Assembly (NCBI GenBank): GCA_043810925.1
Contig: JBDRNT010000184.1
Coordinates: 1 to 11,358 of the forward strand
From: Candidatus Eiseniibacteriota bacterium
GTDB taxonomy: Bacteria > Arandabacterota > Arandabacteria > Arandabacterales > Arandabacteraceae
DNA: 11,358 nucleotides
Direction: 5' to 3'
Part shown: piece by piece, positions 1-7,460 of the stretch
Layout of the letters: each line of letters opens with the position of its first letter
Position numbering within the stretch: the first letter of the stretch is position 1
Program-made: the position numbers and the translations under genes
Notes under the pieces: model-generated
Database searches by the model: none
What the model saw: only the letters and a program-made list of their open reading frames with translations
Told to the model about the DNA's origin: nothing

Positions 1-10
1 TCTTTCGCAT
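1..10 (-). CDS. 5' start (M-R-K...) of a divergent gene running off the left edge
   Basis: Minus strand reads GGAGGT-aacgccccg-ATG CGA AAG: a strong SD (complement of 20-25) 9 nt before an ATG at 10-8. Only three codons are visible. Confidence 0.5.
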
Positions 11-134
11 CGGGGCGTTACCTCCGTGTATAAGGTGTTGGTTGATTGCAAACATCTTACACCATGGGGTTAGTTTGCGCCCCGTCTTTTTTGCCAACTT
101 CTTGATCTAAATACAGTAAACAGTTTTGGGATGG

Positions 135-159
135 GAACTAGGTAACTGTCACCGAATTA
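135..159 (-). repeat. Copy A of the ~27-bp intergenic repeat family
   Basis: Reverse complement TAATTCGGTGACAGTTACCTAGTTC matches the copies at 2520-2612 and 4904-5103. Confidence 0.85.
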
Positions 160-218
160 AGGCTCAAGGTATCGAAAGAGGAAAGCAAGGTCCGCACATT
201 CAAGGGGAGGGTAGCCGA

Positions 219-2515
219 ATGCATAAGGTCACAGTGATAGGCGTTCTGCTTGGTGTTTCACTGACTTTCTGGTCGGTGTTCGCGATGGCGGATACACCGG
301 TCGAAAGGATCACCGACCACACGCTTATGCTCAAGTCGAGGCAGTTCATACCGGATGAGGGTGTGAGCCGGGAGCTCATGATGTCCCCGGAGGGTGATAT
401 CAAGTGGCACATGATAGTGCAGTTCCGCGACATACCTGACCCGGCCCAGGTTTCCGCTCTCGAAGCGCAGGGCATCAGACTGGTAGGGTACCTTCCGAAC
501 AACGCATATTTCGCGGGCGTCCCACAGGGGAAGTTGGACTATCTCGCAGGCTTACCCGATTTCAGATCCGCCCTTGCCGTCGGACCGGATGACAAGATCT
601 CTCCCCATATCAGGGCGCACGGCGTGGCCGGGCATGCAAGAAACGATGATGGAACGGTCCGGATCACTGCCGTTTTCTTCGGGGACGTTGATGCCGCCAG
701 GGCGCACGGCATTGCCGGCAGGTTTGGCAATGTCACGGAAGTGATAACACGCGACAACACTTTCACGATAAACATGTTTGAAGCGGGTATCCGTGAACTT
801 GCGCATGAGGACGAGGTCCAGTGGATCGAGCAGGCGCCGCCGGAGAAGCGGGAGGCACTTGATGATTGCCGGGCCACCAACGGCGTTGAGATCGTCCAGG
901 CACCGCCCTACAGTCTGGACGGTACGGGTGTGACGCTGGGGATGTGGGATTCAGGTTCTATTGCCACGACGCATCAGGACTTCACCGGAAGACTCACGAT
1001 ACCCGACGGGTCGGCTACAAGCAATCACGGCACGGGTGTGGGTGGGTGTATGGCCGGTGACGGCACGCAAAGCCAGCCGGAGGGTGGCACGCCTTACCAG
1101 TGGAGAGGGATGGCTCCCGGTGCAGACATAGTCTCATACGACTGGCCGTCCACGATATCGAATCTCCAGACTGAGACATCCGAGGCCATCAATACCTACG
1201 GTGCCATAACCTCAAACAACTCATGGATTTGGGGTCTGTGCAGCGACTACTGCAGCTACTACGGCGAATACGATGATTGGAGCCAGGAGTACGACAGGCT
1301 CGTGCGCGGCTCCGAGGGCGCACCCATAACTGTTGTTTTGCCGCCGGTAACGACCAGGACTGCTCAGGTTGCCAGGACTCCCTGGTCGATTTCCCGTATG
1401 GCACGGTTGCAGGCCCGGGTGGGACGGCCAAGAACACAATCGTGGTAGGGGCAAGCAATGCCATTGATAAGTCGATGACGTGGTTCAGCAGCTGGGGACC
1501 CGTCAAAGACGGCCGCGTGAAGCCCGATATCGCAGCGCCCGGCTGCAAGCCGTCTGCAGGTTTAACGACCACGTATCCTCCCAATGACTACACAAGCAGC
1601 GGTTGCGGCACCTCGTATGCGGCCCCGATCACGGCCGGCTCGGTGGGACTCTTGAAGCAGCAGTTTGACCAGCTCGGCTACAGCCCGGTGAAGCCTCATA
1701 CCCTGAAGGCCGTCCTGATCCAGTCTGCGGAGGATCATGGTAATGCAGGACCGGATTATCAGTTCGGACACGGCCACCTTGAAGTTCAGGATGCGATCGA
1801 CATAATCATCGCCAACGATCTTGACGGCGACCTCATAAGGGTCGCCAGCGTGGACGACAGCGAAGCAGATACATATAACATGGCTGTGCCGGCCGGCGTC
1901 AGCAAGATGCGTGTGACACTTGTATGGGACGACTATGAAGCGACGCTCGGTGCGGCGAAGATGCTGGTAAACGACCTGGATCTTCTTGTGCAGAGTCCAG
2001 GAGGAACATGGTCCTATGCCTATAAGCTCAATCCCGCCAGTCCTTCCGCGGTTGCCACAACCGGTTACAACGACCTGGACAATGTGGAGGTTGTTGAGGT
2101 GAGTAGCCCCGCTGAGGGCAGGTGGACCATCCGGGTCGAGGGGTCAACGGTCCCCGAAGGTCCGCAGGAATACACACTTGTGCTCCCGTACAACGATCCG
2201 CTCTCGAGCATAAGACGGCCTGATGTCGAACCGACAAGTTACGAGCTCTATCCCGGCAATCCCAATCCGTTCAGTGTGCTCACTCTGATCAGGTTCGATC
2301 TGCCCGAGCCGGCACCGGTGGTTCTTAAAGTCTATGACGCCCGGGGGAGGCTGGTGAATACGCTGGTCGATGAACCTCTTAAAGCCGCAGGCAGGCACAT
2401 AGTCCGCTGGGACGGCACGAGCGATGAAGGGGTGGCTGTGGCTCCCGGCATATACTTCTACCGGATAGACACCGGTGCTTATACCAGGACCCGAAGAGTG
2501 GCCGTAATCCGATAG
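219..2515 (+). CDS. Secreted subtilisin-like S8 serine protease with propeptide, C-terminal beta-sandwich and FlgD-Ig/T9SS-type CTD. Frameshifted at 1336-1339 (sequencing error or pseudogene); ~765 aa if repaired.
   Basis: SD GGGGAGG at 204-210 and ATG at 219; signal peptide MHKVTVIGVLLGVSLTFWSVFAMA. ORF 126..1448 holds the catalytic Asp (GMWDSG, 948-950) and His (NHGTGVGG, 1026-1028). ORF 1277..2515 holds the oxyanion motif FAAGND, FSSWGP..DGRVKPD and the catalytic Ser (GTSYAAP, 1613-1615). One extra T at 1336-1339 joins them as ITVVFAAGND. The C-terminus NPNPF...VYDARGRLV...WDG...GIYFYRI is FlgD-Ig/CTD-like. Confidence 0.9.
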
Positions 2516-2519
2516 ATTA

Positions 2520-2612
2520 GTAATTCGGTGACAGTCTACTAGGTAATTCCGTGCCAGCTACCTAATTACTGCGGACTCACCTCGTGTAATTTGTAAGCTG
2601 GTACCGAATTAC
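2520..2612. repeat. Cluster B: three copies of the ~27-bp repeat (+,+,-) between convergent genes; possible bidirectional terminator hairpin
   Basis: 2520-2542 GTAATTCGGTGACAGTCTACTAG (+); 2543-2569 GTAATTCCGTGCCAGCTACCTAATTAC (+); 2586-2612 reverse complement GTAATTCGGTACCAGCTTACAAATTAC (-). Confidence 0.85.
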
Positions 2613-2615
2613 TGA

Positions 2616-4814
2616 TCACTCGCCGAATTTGTCGAGCAGTTTCCTGATCATGGTCTCCATCTTGTCATGATCAAACCACTCAGCGGGAAAGCCTATATAG
2701 GCTGTGTGGCCTCTCAGGTCGCCTCCGGGTACATACACCGCTATCATGTTCTCCTCGGTAGGAGTTATGACACCCGACGTATCGTAAGCCGTGCTATACA
2801 TGGGCTCGACATAGAGTGGGAAGCGGTCGTCGGTCGCTTCTCTAATGCGGGTTATGTAGAATGCCGTCTCGAATTCACCGTTCCATGGACCCACGGGCGT
2901 GATGGCCGGGATGGTATCGTCCCAGGCGGAACCACAGGTTAAGCACGGCCAGATCGTGTTAAAGGGGATCTCAGGTGCCGGGACTTTCATCTGCTCGATC
3001 CCGAACACCTCCCACATGAAGTTATACATGGTGTCATCCTGCGCCTCCCGGTACCTGGGGTTGAAATTCAGGAACGTGAAATTCTGACGTCTGTCCGGAT
3101 GGGGCAACCCGGGCCAAGCATCTCTCCAGTCGGTCCAGTAGGCGGTAGCTCGTATAGGATCACGGCCGATTATTATCAGGTTTCCCCCGACCTTGACATA
3201 GGAGTGGAGGTAACTGCCCAGCTCCGTGCACACGTTCAAGAGCTGGCTCACAGGGTCGTCAACCATCTCGTCATCCGCAAGCCAGATCACGGTGGTAGCT
3301 GATCCCACGAGCCGAACCGGGACTTCATCATCGTAACCACGCCTCTCACCCGTGTAGAACCGCTCCCAGTTGTAGCCGGTGAGTATATCTTCCCAGAGTT
3401 CCGTCTGGGTCTCGTCGAACGGTCCCCAGGGCAACCAGAGATACTTTGCATGATCGTCATCAACGAGCAGAATCTTCTTCTCGGGCAGGCCGCGTGGATC
3501 TTCAAGTACATCTACATGGAACTCGCAGTGGCTTATCACCTCGTCCAGGTTCCTCACTTCGACCACAAGAACGTGCCGACCGATTTCCGGGGCGAATGGC
3601 ATGCCATCAGACGGGATGGTGACGGACCACTCCGGGACAGCCCCTTCTTTCCTGATAGAGTCTACGGGCGTCCAGACATCCCACATTGAAAACGGATGAT
3701 CGGGGTTGTCGTAGTAGTACCGGTAAGCCTCAACATCCACGTCGAACATCTCGTATTCCCTGGCCCAGAAGGTGAAGAGAACCTCTGTCGGGTAGAAAAG
3801 ACCCGCTATGTTAGCCATATAGCCCGTGACATCATAACTCCCTCTCATCCCAAGGATGCCGCCGTCGATGATCAGCCGCGTACCGTGCGAGGCTTCAATG
3901 ACTTCATACCTCAGCCAGTTATCGTATCCGTTGTAATTCTGGAAAAAGAGATCTTCCGGAAGGACGGCTCCGCCCTCATCTCTTGCCGTCACAAACGTCA
4001 AGAGGGTCTGCTCGGTGTTAAGATAGGCGGACAGGTCGAGATCGCCGACGTAGGTGCAGTCGGACGGTACCCACTCACTCCACCAGCCTACCGGCGGAGC
4101 ACTGTGATCAGTGCCGCTGCTGTCATGGTCAAGCGGGGGCAGCCAGGGTAGGGGCGTGCCGGGATCGGGTGGCCACTTGCCCCCCGTGATTTCGTCTGTG
4201 GGGATAGTAAGATACTTGTAAGTCAGGAATCCCGGATTGCCGTCCCGGTCCTCACCCTCCCACTCAAGGTAGAAATGAGACGGGAGGCGTCCCACGGGTA
4301 CGAAGTTGATGATCGCGGGATTGGGGATAGTTATCCTTGCCTGCGGAATCTGATTAGATGCTTCGAAGAACACCCCCGCCGGCCCAGGGTCTCTGGCTCC
4401 CTCGTTGTCAATGGCCCTCACCAGCAGAAACCAGCGTGACAGGCTGAGCCACACATCGTCTTCCTGGGCACAACAGGAGTCGGCTGGAAGGACAAAGATG
4501 CTATCCTTCGAAGTGGTGAAACCCCAGGCGAGTGAATCGTACTCCACGTGACCGTCTGGAGCCGTTTTCAGATCTCTGACAGCGGCTACTTCAAACCCCT
4601 CAACACAGCCGTCGGGATCGGCCCCGTACCAGTAAGCCTGAATCACGTAGGAGGTGCGTGATTCCTCAGCCGGACTACAGGAGATGATGGTCTCGGGCGG
4701 GAGATTGGCGAACCTGGTGCCACCGGCCTTCTCACTGCAGCCGGTTTGCAGGATTGCGATCAAGCATAACCCGAGCAACGCAAGTGCCGCCGGGCTCAGT
4801 TCGGGCCTCGTCAT
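2616..4814 (-). CDS. Uncharacterised 732-aa lipoprotein (tandem Ig/FN3-like N-terminal modules plus a C-terminal alpha/beta domain)
   Basis: SD GAGGT (complement of 4821-4825); hydrophobic signal ending in the lipobox LQTG-C. Repeated modules NLPPETII..WYGADPDG..VRAIDNEGA and NQIPQARI..WEGEDRDG..VTARDEGGA. C-terminal KILLVDDD..VIW..YVKVGGNLIIIG..YIGFP pattern. Confidence 0.85.
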   Translation of the reverse strand: MTRPELSPAALALLGLCLIAILQTGCSEKAGGTRFANLPPETIISCSPAEESRTSYVIQAYWYGADPDGCVEGFEVAAVRDLKTAPDGHVEYDSLAWGFTTSKDSIFVLPADSCCAQEDDVWLSLSRWFLLVRAIDNEGARDPGPAGVFFEASNQIPQARITIPNPAIINFVPVGRLPSHFYLEWEGEDRDGNPGFLTYKYLTIPTDEITGGKWPPDPGTPLPWLPPLDHDSSGTDHSAPPVGWWSEWVPSDCTYVGDLDLSAYLNTEQTLLTFVTARDEGGAVLPEDLFFQNYNGYDNWLRYEVIEASHGTRLIIDGGILGMRGSYDVTGYMANIAGLFYPTEVLFTFWAREYEMFDVDVEAYRYYYDNPDHPFSMWDVWTPVDSIRKEGAVPEWSVTIPSDGMPFAPEIGRHVLVVEVRNLDEVISHCEFHVDVLEDPRGLPEKKILLVDDDHAKYLWLPWGPFDETQTELWEDILTGYNWERFYTGERRGYDDEVPVRLVGSATTVIWLADDEMVDDPVSQLLNVCTELGSYLHSYVKVGGNLIIIGRDPIRATAYWTDWRDAWPGLPHPDRRQNFTFLNFNPRYREAQDDTMYNFMWEVFGIEQMKVPAPEIPFNTIWPCLTCGSAWDDTIPAITPVGPWNGEFETAFYITRIREATDDRFPLYVEPMYSTAYDTSGVITPTEENMIAVYVPGGDLRGHTAYIGFPAEWFDHDKMETMIRKLLDKFGE

Positions 4815-4872
4815 ACTCGCACCTCGCGCTTCTCAGCACCCGCACACTGGCCCAAAGCCTCGCTTCAGACGT

Positions 4873-4901
4873 AGTATACGAACATGCCCCAGACAAGTCA
4901 A
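4873..4901 (-). promoter_or_regulatory. Sigma70-type promoter for the lipoprotein gene
   Basis: Minus strand TTGACT (4901-4896)-17 nt-TATACT (4878-4873), ~60 nt upstream of the ATG. Confidence 0.65.
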
Positions 4902-4903
4902 CG

Positions 4904-5103
4904 ATGATTCGGTGACAGTTTACAGATTATGTCTGGGGTAGATTTATGATTCGGTGACAGTGACCAACTTTCTGCCGAGCTGCGGTATGCAAAAACGGTA
5001 GGCATAATTCGCAGACTGTCACCGAATCATGCGTGGTAATCAGGTAACTGCCGGAATTATCACGTAAACGGTATGTGTAATTCGCAAACTGTCACCGAAT
5101 TAT
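4904..5103. repeat. Cluster C: five copies of the ~27-bp repeat (+,+,-,-,-), including a 39-bp direct repeat with 73-bp period
   Basis: 4904-4930 ATGATTCGGTGACAGTTTACAGATTAT (+); 4946-4970 ATGATTCGGTGACAGTGACCAACTT (+); 5004-5030 rc ATGATTCGGTGACAGTCTGCGAATTAT; 5036-5060 rc ATAATTCCGGCAGTTACCTGATTAC; 5077-5103 rc ATAATTCGGTGACAGTTTGCGAATTAC. 4993-5031 resembles 5066-5104. Confidence 0.9.
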
Positions 5104-5117
5104 GATCCCCGGAATTT

Positions 5118-7457
5118 CTAGAGTTTGGTGAGTTGGGCGATGATCTTGGATGTCTTGGCGGCACCGGTATTTACGAGATAGCACGGCACCAGTTTGAGCA
5201 AGTGCTCGAAGTAACGCCTGTGGAGCTCAAGCCTCTCCTTGGTGGGATTGACGATATAGGGGTTGTAGAAGGGTTCGTTCCTGGGGGCGTCAAGCACTCC
5301 ACCTGACGAGAGGTACCTCCCATCCTCAAGGGTCTTAAGAGCGGTTTCGGGGTCAAGCCTCTCAAGCAGGGGCGATATGTTGTCTTTCCGAAGGATGACC
5401 ACCTGGCCGAGCGTTGTACGCTTGGTGTACTTCGCCACACCGCCTATCCAGTAGGGATCGAGCATCGCACGTGAAAACTTGCTTGCCCAGTAGCAATGGG
5501 TTTCACCCCTGTCGAGATCGCAGTTGTCGAGGTTCTCGCACTTCTGATTCAGACAGTCTTCCTTGCGCGTGACCACGTTCTCAAGCTTGCTCTGGTCGAA
5601 GAGGGGGGAGAGATAGTCATACTTCTGCGCCACGCGGGTCCTTACATAATACTTGCGTTCGGAGATGTCAGCCACAGCCTCCCTGGGAGTGTATCTCACC
5701 AGGAAGAAGTCATTCGAGTGTATCCTCGCGGCTTCGTTCTGTACGAGGCCGTAACACAAGCTGCCCCGGCCTACACCCGGCGGTGCGATCAAGGCCAGCG
5801 CCTTACCGCCGAAGTCGACGCAGGCGCCGTGAACGGCATGGGTCTCGGATATGCGTTCGACCGTGTCGGTGACCATAGCCAGCGCCCACTTGCGCACCTG
5901 GTAGTAGCAGTCACAATTGACCAGAATGCAGGTCTTGGATTCGGAGTTGTAGAAGGCCCTGGGTTCTCTCCCGGCTATACCGTCAACGGCATAGATTATC
6001 CCGTGGGGCTCAAGATCGCTTTCAAGCTCGGTCGGGTACCAATTCTCTATCCAGAAGTCATGGAGATGTCTCACGTTCGTACGAAGTTGGACAACCACAC
6101 CGGCGATATTGGCGTTCCACTCGAAGTAGCTGTCATGTCTCAGGTGATTCTCCACTTCGCCTATCAGAGACTCCCGGAGTTTTATGTTTATGTCGGGCTC
6201 GGCGGGAACATCACCCGTCACCTTGGTCATGGCGTTGCTCAGGGTGACGCGTTTGATCTTCCGTGCCGTCCGAAGCTTGGACACCGCATCCACGATCCGC
6301 TCCATTGCCTTCTCGAGCTTATCCATCGAGGTGGCATATGAGAGCCTGATGCAGTCGTCGTTTCCGAAAGCAGCACCCGGTACGACGGCAACGTTGGCGT
6401 ACTTAAGAAGGTAGTATGTCAGGCCGTAGGAATTCCGGATCAGCATCCCCTCGTATTCCTTGTCGTAGTATGAGGAGAAGTTGGGGAAGACATAGAACGC
6501 GCCTCGTGGTTCCATACAGGATACGTTGGGTATCATCCTGAGTTGTTGCATCACATAGTTCCTGCGCCGCTGAAACTCGGATGTCATCCTGGCTACATCC
6601 ATCTGGGGGCCCTTGAGGGCTTCAAGCGCGGCCATCTGGGATATCGAAGAAGCGTTTGAAGTGTTGTGGCTCTGGACCTTGCCCATCGCAGAGATAATCT
6701 CCTTGGGCCCGGCCGCATAGCCGAGTCTCCAGCCGGTCATGGAATAGGCCTTTGAGACTCCGTTTATGATTACGGTCTTCTCCTTTATCGCCTGTCCGAG
6801 CGACCCGATACTCGTGAATCTGAAACCGTTATACACAAGTTTCTCATAGATCTCATCAGCGACAATGACGAGTCCTTCTTTGGCGGCGATTGCACAGATC
6901 TTCTCGAGCTCTTCTCTCATGTAAGCGGTGCCAGTCGGGTTGGATGGGTTATTTATCACGATCGCGCGTGTATTGAAACTGATCGCCGAAGTGAGAGCGC
7001 CGGGAGTCAGCTTGAAGTCGTCTTCTTCCTTTGTATCGACAAAGACCGGTCTTCCGCCGGCCAGGAGCACCTGCTGAGGGTAAGACACCCAGTAGGGGGC
7101 CGGAATGATCACTTCCTCGCCTTCGTTTAAGATCGCCATCCAGAGGTTGTAGAGGCAGTTCTTGGCCCCCGATGACACTATTATCTCTTCGGGGCTGTAC
7201 TCAACGTTGTTATGCCGCTTGAGTTTTTCAGAGATCGCCTCTCTGAGTGCCGGGAGACCGGCATTGACCGTGTACTTGGTGATGTTGTCATCTATCGCCC
7301 GTTTGCCCGCGTCCTTCACATTGTCGGGTGTGGGGAAATCAGGTTCGCCGACACTCAAGTCGATGACATCAATACCCTGGGCGGCGAGTTCTCGAGCCTT
7401 GGCTGTTATCCTCAGAGTCTCGGATGCCCCGACACGCGCGATTCTCTCCGAAAGCAT
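5118..7457 (-). CDS. aspC: Class I PLP-dependent aminotransferase (aspartate aminotransferase-like, aa 1-395) fused to a C-terminal PEPCK/HPr-kinase-like P-loop domain (aa ~396-779)
   Basis: GEPDFPTP, YT...G.P.LREAI, PAPYWVSY, NNPSNPTG, ADEIY, SKAYSMTGWRLGY (PLP Lys236), P.GAFY.F and IRLSYA are subgroup Ib AspAT motifs. The C-terminal part has HGACVD..G.ALALIAPPGVGRGS..HSND. Substrate specificity is inferred. Confidence 0.85.
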   Translation of the reverse strand: MLSERIARVGASETLRITAKARELAAQGIDVIDLSVGEPDFPTPDNVKDAGKRAIDDNITKYTVNAGLPALREAISEKLKRHNNVEYSPEEIIVSSGAKNCLYNLWMAILNEGEEVIIPAPYWVSYPQQVLLAGGRPVFVDTKEEDDFKLTPGALTSAISFNTRAIVINNPSNPTGTAYMREELEKICAIAAKEGLVIVADEIYEKLVYNGFRFTSIGSLGQAIKEKTVIINGVSKAYSMTGWRLGYAAGPKEIISAMGKVQSHNTSNASSISQMAALEALKGPQMDVARMTSEFQRRRNYVMQQLRMIPNVSCMEPRGAFYVFPNFSSYYDKEYEGMLIRNSYGLTYYLLKYANVAVVPGAAFGNDDCIRLSYATSMDKLEKAMERIVDAVSKLRTARKIKRVTLSNAMTKVTGDVPAEPDINIKLRESLIGEVENHLRHDSYFEWNANIAGVVVQLRTNVRHLHDFWIENWYPTELESDLEPHGIIYAVDGIAGREPRAFYNSESKTCILVNCDCYYQVRKWALAMVTDTVERISETHAVHGACVDFGGKALALIAPPGVGRGSLCYGLVQNEAARIHSNDFFLVRYTPREAVADISERKYYVRTRVAQKYDYLSPLFDQSKLENVVTRKEDCLNQKCENLDNCDLDRGETHCYWASKFSRAMLDPYWIGGVAKYTKRTTLGQVVILRKDNISPLLERLDPETALKTLEDGRYLSSGGVLDAPRNEPFYNPYIVNPTKERLELHRRYFEHLLKLVPCYLVNTGAAKTSKIIAQLTKL

Positions 7458-7460
7458 CGA

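Noticed and set aside
126-218. N-terminal extension of the protease ORF from the TTG at 126
   Set aside because: It overlaps repeat copy A. The SD and signal peptide point to the ATG at 219.
1331-1345. Programmed -1 ribosomal frameshift
   Set aside because: T GTT TTG is not an X XXY YYZ heptamer, the P-site tRNA could not re-pair, and the unshifted product would lack the catalytic Ser.
1340-1448. C-terminal tail of ORF 126..1448, and ORF 1277..2515 as an independent gene
   Set aside because: The tail is out-of-frame read-through after the frameshift; the two ORFs are halves of one S8 domain.
2520-2612. Integron attC or Xer dif site
   Set aside because: No RYYYAAC...GTTRRRY core pair and no XerD arm (TTATGTTAAAT); the flanking genes are convergent and have their own promoters or SDs.
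4904-5103. CRISPR array
   Set aside because: Copies switch orientation, are degenerate, have irregular 5-33 nt gaps and recur at distant intergenic sites; no cas genes in the window.
5496-6341. 281-aa plus-strand ORF
   Set aside because: Antisense shadow of the aminotransferase fusion with no recognisable motifs; such ORFs are expected in GC-rich coding DNA.
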